DNA from: Candidatus Aenigmatarchaeota archaeon
Lineage (GTDB): Archaea; Aenigmatarchaeota; Aenigmatarchaeia; PWEA01; JACQIF01
Assembly: GCA_016432325.1 (NCBI GenBank)
Contig: CP066684.1
Location: 256,001-320,000, forward strand
Length of the DNA: 64,000 bases
Direction: 5' to 3'
How positions within the stretch are numbered: position 1 is the first letter of the stretch; the number at the start of each line of letters is the position of its first letter. Shown one piece after another: positions 1 through 8,735 of the stretch. The notes beneath the pieces were generated by a model. It did not search any database. It saw only the letters and a program-made list of their open reading frames with translations, and was not told the DNA's origin. A program made the position numbers and the translations under genes.

Positions 1-2
1 TC

Positions 3-674
3 CTATCAAACTCCGACTCGCACTCGCCCTGGCCTTGGAGAATGGGCCGTGAGTGCAACGTGTTCGCCTTCGACGACGTTTTCACTTACGCGAACATAAC
101 GGACGCGATAAAGAACAGGGACAAGAGACACTTCCTGTACACCATAGAAGTCGATCCGGCTTACGGCAAGTACCACTGGGACGGCCATCGGATGTGCGGA
201 GTCGTTCTGTCTCCAGAAGAATCGGCCAAGAGCAATGGAGTGTGTCCCAAATGCAAACAGCGCCTGACGATAGGCGTCGAGAGCCGCGTGAACGAACTGG
301 CCGACCGGCCCGTCGGTTTCGTGCCTGAAAATGCGATACCGTTCAAAACGCTGCTTCCCCTCGCGGAGATTATTTCCTTTGTGATGAAAATCAAGAATCC
401 TTACGCCGTGCACGTCCGCCAGGAGTACGAGAAACTGGTGAAGCACTTCGGCAACGAGTTCAATGTGATGCTGGAAACTGCGGAATCAGAACTGGCCACG
501 GTCACGACAGCGAAGATCGCGGAATATATCATGAAGAACCGCAAGGCCCAGATACGCACGAAACCCGGCTATGACGGCGTCTACGGCGAACCGATAATCG
601 ACGGAGACGACGGTTCGTACGTGCGCGCTCCTGTGAAAACGCAGACGGGCCAGAAGACGCTTGGGGAGTTCTAG
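3..674 (+). CDS. Endonuclease Q-family (PHP-like, Zn-finger) protein, 5'-truncated by window edge
   Basis: Frame is open from nt 3: SNSDSHSPWPWRMGRE, YGKYHWDGHR, CPKC and PGYDGVYG motifs typical of EndoQ/TIGR00375 proteins. Confidence 0.85.
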   Translation, partial: LSNSDSHSPWPWRMGRECNVFAFDDVFTYANITDAIKNRDKRHFLYTIEVDPAYGKYHWDGHRMCGVVLSPEESAKSNGVCPKCKQRLTIGVESRVNELADRPVGFVPENAIPFKTLLPLAEIISFVMKIKNPYAVHVRQEYEKLVKHFGNEFNVMLETAESELATVTTAKIAEYIMKNRKAQIRTKPGYDGVYGEPIIDGDDGSYVRAPVKTQTGQKTLGEF

Positions 675-708
675 TAGGCTTTATATGCGTCTTTTGCCAG
701 TTCATCGC

Positions 709-1212
709 ATGCTTGTTCCGGAATATGCGATTATGGACCTGGTCAGAACCCTCGGCCAAGGCCTGCCCAGATTCGCGGACGGGAGGATAGATTACACGGA
801 CGCGCGTGTGGCGCCCGTCGTTTCTGCCTTCGTCCAATCAAACGAGGAGGTCCTCCTGCTCAAGAGAAGCCAGAAGGTCGGCCATTACCAAGGCAAGTGG
901 TGCGGCGTTGCCGGATATCTCGACAGCACAGACCAGCCCCCGATCGCCAAGGTTCTCGAGGAGGTCAATGAGGAAACCGGCATACGCAAGGCCGCCATAA
1001 GCAGAGTCAGGTTCGGGGAGAACTATTCGTGGAGGGATGGAGAAACCAACAAGAGCTGGATAGTATATCCCGCCCTCGTCAAGGTTTCGGGCAAGCCGCG
1101 GATAACGCTCGACGAAGAACACACGGAGCACGCATGGATAAAACCGCACGAGTTGCGCAAGTTCGAGACCGTGCCAAACCTCGACACTTCCCTCAGGAAC
1201 GCGCTTTCGTGA
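709..1212 (+). CDS. NUDIX hydrolase
   Basis: Nudix box AGYLD...VLEEVNEETGI. Start placed at the ATG about 24 nt after TTTATAT (680-686); exact start uncertain. Confidence 0.8.
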   Translation: MLVPEYAIMDLVRTLGQGLPRFADGRIDYTDARVAPVVSAFVQSNEEVLLLKRSQKVGHYQGKWCGVAGYLDSTDQPPIAKVLEEVNEETGIRKAAISRVRFGENYSWRDGETNKSWIVYPALVKVSGKPRITLDEEHTEHAWIKPHELRKFETVPNLDTSLRNALS

Positions 1213-1249
1213 GGCAACAGAACCGCATATAAAGCTATTTATTCCACGG

Positions 1250-1771
1250 ATGCCAACGGGATGCAACATGGAAGGACACGGCCGCATAACAGCCAGAGAA
1301 GCGATTTTATCTCCCAAGCCGATAGGCGTCTGCGAGGATGACGTTAACGTAGGCACATTCGAACTGCTGGGCACCGCCGAAACCGTTATCAGGAGAGGCC
1401 TCGCGGAGTTCGAGAAAACGATAGCGGAATACGGAAGCGCTCTCGCGGAATCCAAAGACTACTCGGGACTCCAGAAGAAGCTGATAGGGCAGCAACGCGC
1501 AATAGACATGATACTGGACGAACACAAAACGCTTGCGCGAGACCAGAGTTTCGAGACTCTCGGAAAGCTCACCAGCAGGTACGACGAACTCGGCATGACT
1601 CTTCTTGGGATGGAAGTCGTATACGAACACACGCATCCTGAATTCTTCACGTCCTTTGACAAGAGATACAACGAAGATCCGGCGTTCAGGGCGCGGTTCG
1701 ATTGCCAGCGCATCAAGAACGAAGTGGAAACGATTCCCGCGTTTGACCACAAAGACCCCGCGTTCGCCTAG
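1250..1771 (+). CDS. Hypothetical protein (helical)
   Basis: 173-aa ORF preceded by TATAAA; no recognisable motif. Confidence 0.6.
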   Translation: MPTGCNMEGHGRITAREAILSPKPIGVCEDDVNVGTFELLGTAETVIRRGLAEFEKTIAEYGSALAESKDYSGLQKKLIGQQRAIDMILDEHKTLARDQSFETLGKLTSRYDELGMTLLGMEVVYEHTHPEFFTSFDKRYNEDPAFRARFDCQRIKNEVETIPAFDHKDPAFA

Positions 1772-2166
1772 TCTCCAAGCTCCTCGATAAGGCGCATCAC
1801 GTTCTCCTTTATCTCGGCCGCGACGCGCTCTCTGTCTTCGGTGCCTGCGGCGCCTACGTCGCGCACGCTCCAGAAGTCGGCTTTGTTGCTTTTCAGAAGG
1901 TATACTGGACACTCCGTTCTGGAGCAAAGAACTATTATCCGATCGGCCTCTTCAACCATGTCAGGTGTGAGCGGTTTTGGTTTCTGTCCCGCCGTCGCGA
2001 CGCCTTCCTTCTCGAGCATGAGCTTGAACGTAGGCGATATCTTCGTGTCCCCTTTGAACTGGGCCGCGGCGCTGACTGCCTTGTGGCGGCGCGCGTAGTG
2101 GTTGAAGTACGCCTCCGCGACCTGGCTGCGGCCGACGTTCGCGCCGCAAACGAACAAAACGAGCAT
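1768..2166 (-). CDS. Low-molecular-weight phosphatase / ArsC-family protein
   Basis: N-terminal VLFVCGANVGRSQ (CX5R) motif; ADRIIVLC. Confidence 0.9.
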   Translation of the reverse strand: MLVLFVCGANVGRSQVAEAYFNHYARRHKAVSAAAQFKGDTKISPTFKLMLEKEGVATAGQKPKPLTPDMVEEADRIIVLCSRTECPVYLLKSNKADFWSVRDVGAAGTEDRERVAAEIKENVMRLIEELGD

Positions 2167-2220
2167 GACATCCGTTCATGAAGAACGTTTATATAGATTC
2201 GGCCAAATTCGCTGTTTGGA

Positions 2221-2495
2221 GGGCCGGTAGTCTAGTGGTTGCGCCTTTTGGGCACGTCCGCCCAAAACCCGCGGGAAAATACGCCTGCCGGCAACGCCAC
2301 ATATGACGTCTGCTTGACGGTTTTTGGCGACCAAGTCGCTGAAAATGAAACTGCAGAAGGTCGCTGGTTCGAACAAGGGGCACTGATGCGCGCGCTGCAC
2401 GCGGTTTCGACCGCGGCATGCCGAAACGCGGCGCGTTTCGTGCACCCTTGAACCCCTACGATACGTGGGGTACGGAAATCCGGCCCGGCCCACCA
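2221..2495 (+). tRNA. tRNA-Val(GAC) with three introns: D-loop 2241-2302, anticodon 37/38 2320-2351, T-loop 59/60 2374-2478
   Basis: Removing the three segments gives GGGCCGG-TA-GTCT-AGTGGTTA-TGAC-G-TCTGC-TTGACGT-GCAGA-AGGTC-GCTGG-TTCGAAT-CCGGC-CCGGCCC-A-CCA. BHB central helices: GTGG/CCAC, TTGA/TGAA (one mismatch), TTCG/CGGA. TATA box at about 2188. Confidence 0.92.
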
Positions 2496-2502
2496 TGACA
2501 GC

Positions 2503-3585
2503 TCAGCCGCCTCTGGGCGATGACGCGTACATGCCGCATCTGTCGAAGAAATACTCCCATCTTTCCAGTTCGGCGCGCTCCGCGCTCTCTGACATTGTTG
2601 TTTTCCTGGGGCGCGGCATTAATCTTTCAGCAAATCCGTTCAGTTTTATGGCAAGTTTCTCTCCATGCGTCCAGAACTCCTGATTCATGGGTATGACGTG
2701 GATGGTTCTCGCGTCTTCGGTGAGGCCCTTGGGAACGTCGGAACCATGCACTATGCTGTAGGTGATGTTGCCGCTCTTGTCTTCCCGCTCAACTACGGCC
2801 GGGCCGTCGCCCTTCACGCTCGCCTTGTACTTCCACCTACGGGAAAATCCGGGTTCGTGCGGGCTCGCCGGCGCGATCTTCACCACGCCGTCGTACTGCG
2901 ATGTGACAACCTTGTTCGTGCCTCTGAGCCTTTCGTCGGGGCGCGCGTAGAAGAGCCTTTTGTGCCCATCATCGAATCCATTCTGCGGTTCTATCTTGAC
3001 CAGCGCGCGGCCGCGGATGAGTTCTTTGGAATGACGGGCCACGTACTCGGGAGGAAGCAACGCCTCTGTCGGCTTGACATGATCGTCACGGGCGGCGTGC
3101 ATCGCCCTTGCCTTCTTTTCAAAAGAGCGCTGTGGATGCCGTGAGCGCCTGATTTCTTCCGAAGCTATCAGTCCGGCGCCGGCGTAGATAGAGAGTTCGG
3201 TCGTGGGCTGCACGTAGTCGCCATCGAACGGGTTAAGCACAGCTACCGGATCCATCTGCGGAACGTACAAGGAGAGAAGGTCGTTGAAACTGTTCCATCC
3301 CTTGATGGGATCCAGCTCGCCGGAAGAAAGCGCGTGAGTGGCGTAGGCGCCGACGGCTGCTATGGATATGCCGGCCAGATAGATGTCGTTGCGGGCCAGC
3401 GTGTTCTTCGCCTTCCTGACGTGCCCCTTTGTCGCTTCGACTGTCTTGCCGACGGCCCGTCTGATCAGACTGGAACCCTTTTGGAAAATGGACGCCTTGG
3501 GTTTTGATTTCGCAACCACAAAGAATTCGCCGTTCTCGCCAAAAGCTCTGCTAACCTCGCGTCGTTCACTCAAACTTGCGGCCAT
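2503..3585 (-). CDS. Hypothetical membrane-associated protein
   Basis: 360-aa ORF with hydrophobic segments near residues 68-85 and 133-142; TTG start. Confidence 0.6.
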   Translation of the reverse strand: MAASLSERREVSRAFGENGEFFVVAKSKPKASIFQKGSSLIRRAVGKTVEATKGHVRKAKNTLARNDIYLAGISIAAVGAYATHALSSGELDPIKGWNSFNDLLSLYVPQMDPVAVLNPFDGDYVQPTTELSIYAGAGLIASEEIRRSRHPQRSFEKKARAMHAARDDHVKPTEALLPPEYVARHSKELIRGRALVKIEPQNGFDDGHKRLFYARPDERLRGTNKVVTSQYDGVVKIAPASPHEPGFSRRWKYKASVKGDGPAVVEREDKSGNITYSIVHGSDVPKGLTEDARTIHVIPMNQEFWTHGEKLAIKLNGFAERLMPRPRKTTMSESAERAELERWEYFFDRCGMYASSPRGG

Positions 3586-3685
3586 TCAAACACCTCGGCA
3601 GATGCGCTGACATACGATATTCAAAATCAAATATAATGGAATGTGCGCAACTGTTTCGCCAGGACAAAAAAGTTCACGTGAAGTT

Positions 3686-4423
3686 TTATTCAGCGCCCCC
3701 GACTATTCCAGAAACGATGTCTGCTACGTCCGTCGCTTTGCCGTTCCCTGTCACTTCGTTTTCCGTCGAATGGCCGCTCTCTTTATGCGGGGCCTCCGTC
3801 GGGGCGTCTGGGATCGCCCTCGAGGAAACAGTGCCCTCGATCCTGGATTTCTGTTCAGGTTCCTTCTTTTCTTCGCTGTCTGCCGCCGTTTTCCTACCGG
3901 CCTTCTCAGGCACGTCAGCACGTTCCGAGCCCAGACCGGATTCAACGCCTCTTAGAAAATTCTTCTTGGCGTCGGGGATATCGGTTGAAATGCCGCTTTT
4001 GACGCGCTTGCCGACATTCTCGGCCTCCTCCGAATGTTCTTTCAGACGATCCTCAATGTTTCCCGGCCCTGTCGGCAACGCCTCAGCGACCGATATGGTC
4101 GCCTCCGCCTCCTTCAATAACCGCACGCGTTCAATTTCGGCCAGTTGGAGAGCCTCCATGTTTCCGGCACTGAACGCGGCGTCGACCTCGGCCAAACGCT
4201 CGTTGGCTATATCAAGCGCAATGCCGGCGCGCTCTTCGGGCGTCGATGCAAGACCCAACAATATATTGTCGAAAAGAACGTCAAAGAACCAGAACGGCGA
4301 GTCCGGAGTAACGCCCGCGACTCCGATGTCTTGGGCCAATACGGGGACGGGCAGCAGACCAACAGCCAGCAGCACAGCAACCATTGATCTCCAGTGCGCG
4401 CCGAATGACGTGTTCAGTGTCAT
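3686..4423 (-). CDS. Secreted DUF5667-like helical protein
   Basis: Signal peptide followed by AGVTPDSPFWFFDVLFDNI...ANERLAEV. Confidence 0.75.
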   Translation of the reverse strand: MTLNTSFGAHWRSMVAVLLAVGLLPVPVLAQDIGVAGVTPDSPFWFFDVLFDNILLGLASTPEERAGIALDIANERLAEVDAAFSAGNMEALQLAEIERVRLLKEAEATISVAEALPTGPGNIEDRLKEHSEEAENVGKRVKSGISTDIPDAKKNFLRGVESGLGSERADVPEKAGRKTAADSEEKKEPEQKSRIEGTVSSRAIPDAPTEAPHKESGHSTENEVTGNGKATDVADIVSGIVGGAE

Positions 4424-4429
4424 GCAAAT

Positions 4430-5431
4430 CTACTCCGTCTGGTCTGTTTTGTCTATTTCGTATTTCTCGTGGATATCGAGCACATTAATGCGGCCGCGCG
4501 GTTTCTTGCTGACGACTTCCTTCATCTCAAGACCTCGTATCACCTTTGAAACCTTGGACTTGGAAAACTTTGTTTCTGCGAGCACGTCGGACTGAAGGGC
4601 TCTTCCTTTCTTGCCAATCAGTATCTCAACGATGGCGTTCTCGTCCTGCGTCAGCGTGCTCCTGACGGCGCTGAGCGGGGTCTTGCGCGCCTGTGCAGGA
4701 CCGCCCTTGATGGCAGCGACCTTGCGGATTCTTTGCGCGGGCCGCGGCGTGCGCGTTTTCGGCGTCAGGAACCGCCTGAACCTGTACGCGGCATAGCCGA
4801 AAACAAGCGCCCCTGCGGCGAACAGAGGAGGCAGAAAAAGAGCGTCCGTCTTGTACATGACGAACGTGTTGTAAGCCTCTCCTGCGGCAATGGACGCGTT
4901 CCACACGAGCCTCACGCGTTGGCCGTCCGTTGAGAAGCGCGCGGCAGGTGAAACGAGAGGCACATCATCATCGAATGCCACGATCGCTCCCGGAGGCAGC
5001 TCCAGCGTGAAGTTGTATGAGTCTATCCGCAAAGCGCTCTGGAAAGCGTTGTTGAATACGATGCCGCGAGACGTCATCTCTGCCGGCGAATCTGCTGCAA
5101 AGGCGAGCGTTATTCTATGCGTGCCGCGGGCGACTGTCTTGTTGATGACAATCACATAGTCTTCGTCTTCCATAACCGCATAGACGTCTGCCGGCTTGCC
5201 ATCGATGGTGGCGGAGAGCCCGTCGGCGCGCGGGAAGCCGTGAAGCGTTATGTTGTTCATTGCGCTTTCTGAAACGAACAGCGCCGTGACGGAGTGCAAC
5301 GCCTTGCCGTCGAGGACAATGGTCGAAGAATATTCCTTGAAGTAGTCGGCTTCCACCGCCGCGGGCAGAAGGACAAGCATCGCCACAAGCACGTACACCC
5401 CCCTCATGCTCCAATTATGCACAAGGCGCAT
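4430..5431 (-). CDS. Membrane-anchored winged-HTH regulator (extracellular domain, TM, cytoplasmic HTH; COG2512-like)
   Basis: Signal peptide, beta-rich domain, TM, then LTQDENAIVEIL...QSDVLAETKFSKSKVSKVIRGLEMKEVV...GRIN. Confidence 0.8.
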   Translation of the reverse strand: MRLVHNWSMRGVYVLVAMLVLLPAAVEADYFKEYSSTIVLDGKALHSVTALFVSESAMNNITLHGFPRADGLSATIDGKPADVYAVMEDEDYVIVINKTVARGTHRITLAFAADSPAEMTSRGIVFNNAFQSALRIDSYNFTLELPPGAIVAFDDDVPLVSPAARFSTDGQRVRLVWNASIAAGEAYNTFVMYKTDALFLPPLFAAGALVFGYAAYRFRRFLTPKTRTPRPAQRIRKVAAIKGGPAQARKTPLSAVRSTLTQDENAIVEILIGKKGRALQSDVLAETKFSKSKVSKVIRGLEMKEVVSKKPRGRINVLDIHEKYEIDKTDQTE

Positions 5432-5482
5432 TATATGCTTGCCTAACTAACGGTCGTTCAAAGAAGACGGTTTTTTGACGCA

Positions 5483-5513
5483 GGAAACAGTTTCCAACGT
5501 TCCATTAAATACG
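5483..5513 (+). promoter_or_regulatory. Conserved promoter/operator copy 1 (GGAAAC-N8-ACGTTCCATT-TATA-like)
   Basis: 24/31 identical to 6301-6331; both lie upstream of + strand genes. Confidence 0.55.
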
Positions 5514-5585
5514 TCCCGGCCCGTAACTGACCTCCGCATGAACGGGAGGAAACTAAACGAATGCTATCGTTTTGGAGGTGGGATT

Positions 5586-5741
5586 ATGAAAAGCGAACAG
5601 CGATTGGAGCAGAAAATGGACGCCGGGCCCACGATAGGAACGGCAACGGTCGATGAGATGAGCGCGGCAGTGCTCTATCTGATGGAACTCCACTCGGAAG
5701 AACGCAGAGAAGGCAGGCGATGCTGGCCTGCTTTAGCCTGA
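5586..5741 (+). CDS. Small hypothetical protein
   Basis: ATG preceded by a strong GGAGGTG RBS. Confidence 0.5.
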   Translation: MKSEQRLEQKMDAGPTIGTATVDEMSAAVLYLMELHSEERREGRRCWPALA

Positions 5742-5753
5742 ACAGGGACCGCC

Positions 5754-6002
5754 ATGAAAGGTTCCAGAATCGGCCTTGGAGAGTCGTTCGGCGTCGTTTC
5801 GTTGATCTTTGCCACGAAGGACATACGATTCCCCGTGGAAAAGGAAGAGCTGGTGAGGCGTCTCGCTGTAACAAAACTGTATTGGGACAGAGATACCGTC
5901 ATAGACCTGAAAGAGGTTCTGCGTAGCAGCGATAAGGAGCTTTTCTCCAGTATGTGCGACGTCTTATGCGCGGTGGCCAATCACGAATCCGTGAAGACGT
6001 AA
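5754..6002 (+). CDS. Small hypothetical protein (DUF2795/MTH865-like FPxxKxEL motif)
   Basis: DIRFPVEKEELVRR...FSSMCDV. Confidence 0.55.
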   Translation: MKGSRIGLGESFGVVSLIFATKDIRFPVEKEELVRRLAVTKLYWDRDTVIDLKEVLRSSDKELFSSMCDVLCAVANHESVKT

Positions 6003-6018
6003 AACAGCGACGACCGCT

Positions 6019-6207
6019 TCATATTCTCTTTTTGCCGCGACCGCGCTTGAACCCTCTCAGAAATTCCTCTGCTGTCACGGAAGATGTCTTCTGCGCCGCG
6101 GCGAGCCCTCGCACAGCGGCCTCTTCAGCGAGCGCCACAGAACGCCCTGCAATCTCCCCTGCAAGACGGGACGCCTTCTTCATGGCTACGTCTACCGATC
6201 CGCCCAT
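6019..6207 (-). CDS. Small basic hypothetical protein
   Basis: 62-aa ORF with upstream TATA-like element at about 6241-6247. Confidence 0.45.
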   Translation of the reverse strand: MGGSVDVAMKKASRLAGEIAGRSVALAEEAAVRGLAAAQKTSSVTAEEFLRGFKRGRGKKRI

Positions 6208-6300
6208 ATCAACACCCGACTAAGCTGGAATCCGTGGAGATATAAAACATACGCGCTAACGGACAGATGAAACAGTTCCTGACCGTTTCCAGCTCGAACG

Positions 6301-6331
6301 GGAAACTGTCGTCGACGTTCCATTTTATACG
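6301..6331 (+). promoter_or_regulatory. Conserved promoter/operator copy 2, upstream of the DUF5667-GT2-GH operon
   Basis: GGAAACTGTCGTCGACGTTCCATTTTATACG; matches 5483-5513. Confidence 0.55.
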
Positions 6332-6444
6332 GTTTCTCCTGTCGGTGTGTCAGCTCGCGAGCGCAGGTCCCGGAAGGGCTTCTCCTTCCCACCCCCACAC
6401 GCCGCGAGCGCTAATCCCGAAACTAGGGACTAGGGTGGTCATGG

Positions 6445-7920
6445 ATGTTGAAGACGGCGTTGGTGATTGCGGCTATAGTAATGGTGTCTGCGATGCCTGT
6501 AGCGGCAAGCGCACAGCTCGTCTCTATTACAAGCGACGGGGGAGTCGTGATAGGAGGCTCCGCTGGCGCGGGAACGGATGACGTGAACGTCGGCGCAGAA
6601 ACGGCCGCTACCGCAGAAATGAACGCCGAGGCAAACGCAGAAACGGGTTCGGGCTCTTCCAACGACACCGAACCCAATATAGTAGACACCGGTGGTAATG
6701 CGGTCTCAACGCTGTCGGCCGGCGCCTCTGGAGGCGCGTCGGCGTCTGCATTCGCGTCGACGGCGTCAGGAGCATCCGGTAAAAACGCAGGGGACATGGC
6801 CGCAGGAAGCGCGGAGGATGACAACAGCGCGGGCGCGGGAAGCGCCGGGATTACACCGGACTCCCCTCTGTGGGTCATTGATGTTTTCGTGGATAAGGCA
6901 AGGCTTTTCCTCGCGTCGACCGCAGAAGCCAAGGCAAACGTCGGATTGGACATAGCCTCGGAAAGGCTGGCCGAGATGCAGGAAACGGCCGAAACGCACA
7001 AGATTGAGGCTTTCCAAAAGGCAAGGCTCGAGCACAGTAACACCATATTAGAGATTCAGAAAGAAGTCAGCGTACTCGATTCCCAAGACACCGCAGTTCT
7101 GATATCCCTTCAGGAGAAGGCAGACGCCCATGCCGAGGCCGCCGCTGACATAAACGACGATTTACACTCCAAGATGACAGGCGAAGGCGCTGAGGCCGTG
7201 TTGGAAGCGTTCTCAGAGAGCGTATCCGAGGCCGCCGCTGACATAAAACTGAATCTCAACAAGATAGCAGAGAAACGCACGAATGAAAGCGTAGAGCAGG
7301 CAAGGAACAGCCTGGAAGAAGCGCGAACGGCGGCTTCGGTTTGCGCCGATGCGTCAACCATTACGGACGCGATTGCAAACGCGGAGCCGCCCGAATTACC
7401 CGACCCAGCCGTAGGCATATGGTCTGCGACGCACGCCAGCGCCTGTGCCAGCATAGGAGAGAACGTTGGCAAGGCCGAGGAACAGATGAAAGACGCAGAG
7501 AGCGCCCTCGACGAAAAGATGTTCGGAGAGGCTTTCGGTCAGGCGACGGCTGCGATAAAGACGTGTAATGAAATACAAGCGCAAGCAGAGGCAGTGGCCA
7601 CAGAAAAGGCTACGGAAAAGATGGAGGCCGCGAAGGAGGCCATCAAGGAGGCCAGAACAGTTACTCAACTGTGCGCCACGGCAGATGTGTGGAAGAACAT
7701 GCATCTGAACGCTGAGCCTCCGCGATTGCCTGACCCATCGGTAGATGTTGAAGCGATGTCGTGGAACGGGGCATGCGTTAGCGCCGACACGAACGCTAAG
7801 AGAGCCGAGGTGCACATGATGGCCGCCCAGTCCGCCTTCCTTAAGGGGGACATGGGCGAAGCACTCGGTCAGGCGTCCGCGGCACTGGAAGCAGCCAATG
7901 ATGCGAAAGGTGCAGGGTGA
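6445..7920 (+). CDS. Large secreted DUF5667-like protein with duplicated C-terminal Cys-containing repeat
   Basis: Signal peptide, Ala/Gly linker, AGITPDSPLWVIDVFVDK; NAEPPxLPDP...FGQA/LGQA unit present twice. Confidence 0.75.
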   Translation: MLKTALVIAAIVMVSAMPVAASAQLVSITSDGGVVIGGSAGAGTDDVNVGAETAATAEMNAEANAETGSGSSNDTEPNIVDTGGNAVSTLSAGASGGASASAFASTASGASGKNAGDMAAGSAEDDNSAGAGSAGITPDSPLWVIDVFVDKARLFLASTAEAKANVGLDIASERLAEMQETAETHKIEAFQKARLEHSNTILEIQKEVSVLDSQDTAVLISLQEKADAHAEAAADINDDLHSKMTGEGAEAVLEAFSESVSEAAADIKLNLNKIAEKRTNESVEQARNSLEEARTAASVCADASTITDAIANAEPPELPDPAVGIWSATHASACASIGENVGKAEEQMKDAESALDEKMFGEAFGQATAAIKTCNEIQAQAEAVATEKATEKMEAAKEAIKEARTVTQLCATADVWKNMHLNAEPPRLPDPSVDVEAMSWNGACVSADTNAKRAEVHMMAAQSAFLKGDMGEALGQASAALEAANDAKGAG

Positions 7921-7926
7921 GATGTT

Positions 7927-8112
7927 ATGGTGCAAGGATTGAGAAAAATAGGGGAGAACGACAAAACGATCGTGTATCGCGGGGTCGATTACCTCGGACA
8001 CGCCGTGCAGTACATCATACTGCGTTCGGCATTTCCAAGAGGCCCGCCGCACACGCTCGATCCGTGGCTGGCAGAAGAACTATCAGAGACTTTGGCCTCG
8101 GATAAAAGGTGA
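7927..8112 (+). CDS. Small hypothetical protein
   Basis: Fills the operon gap; GGTGA RBS. Confidence 0.5.
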   Translation: MVQGLRKIGENDKTIVYRGVDYLGHAVQYIILRSAFPRGPPHTLDPWLAEELSETLASDKR

Positions 8113-8132
8113 AATGATGGTTGGTGGGGTTT

Positions 8133-8729
8133 ATGGAAACGAGGTCCGTGGCGCTCATAGTCTTGCTCAGTGTCGCAGCCGTGCTCATGATAATCTCGAC
8201 CGGCAGCCCGCTGCCGATAGACGGCGTGCCTGACTTCTCCGCCGACGTCAATACGGTAAAATCCGTTCCCAGCGCCATAGGCGAAGGCGGAGCGCTCCTG
8301 CTCCTGACGGGCGGACTCCTCGTCCTGCTCATCATGCTGCCGATAACGCTTCTCAAATCAATACACACAGAGGCGCAACACGAACCCGTGAAAAACGGCG
8401 GGGCGTCCAACGGCTCAAACGGCTCCAACGGGTCCGGCAAGTACGACCTTGGTTACAAGGTGGGAGCTTCCGTAAGCAGCCAGAACATAGACGACATAGT
8501 GGACAGCCTGGAGCAGCTGCAGGACACGGAAGTGAGCATAACCAATACTACCGGAAAGCTGAAACGCATCCACGTGAAAAAATGCAAGACGTGCAGGAAT
8601 CCAGTCTGCGATTTCGAGAGGGGCTTCTTCGCCGGCGCGTTCGGCCAGTTCTATGACAACGTCAGCGTCAAAGAGACGAAATGCCGCGCGACAGGCGCGG
8701 GTTACTGCGAATTTGAGGTGAAGGGGTGA
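8133..8729 (+). CDS. Membrane protein with C-terminal V4R-like domain
   Basis: Two TM segments, then CKTC...PVCDFERGFFAGAF...VKETKCRATGAGYCEFEV. Confidence 0.8.
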   Translation: METRSVALIVLLSVAAVLMIISTGSPLPIDGVPDFSADVNTVKSVPSAIGEGGALLLLTGGLLVLLIMLPITLLKSIHTEAQHEPVKNGGASNGSNGSNGSGKYDLGYKVGASVSSQNIDDIVDSLEQLQDTEVSITNTTGKLKRIHVKKCKTCRNPVCDFERGFFAGAFGQFYDNVSVKETKCRATGAGYCEFEVKG

Positions 8730-8735
8730 CCGTCC

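Noticed and set aside
2241-2478. tRNA insertions as group I/II self-splicing introns
   Set aside because: Too short (26-123 nt), no P7 or domain V core seen, and BHB motifs explain the junctions.
2176-2496. ORFs 2176..2496, 2189..2419 and 2239..2451 (also 58365..58664 and 34309..34524)
   Set aside because: They overlie intron-containing tRNA genes and have no protein-like features.
6353-6430. CAGGTCCCGGAAGGG resembling SRP RNA helix 8
   Set aside because: Lacks the following AGCA motif, and the space is too short for archaeal 7S RNA; at most a structured 5' leader.
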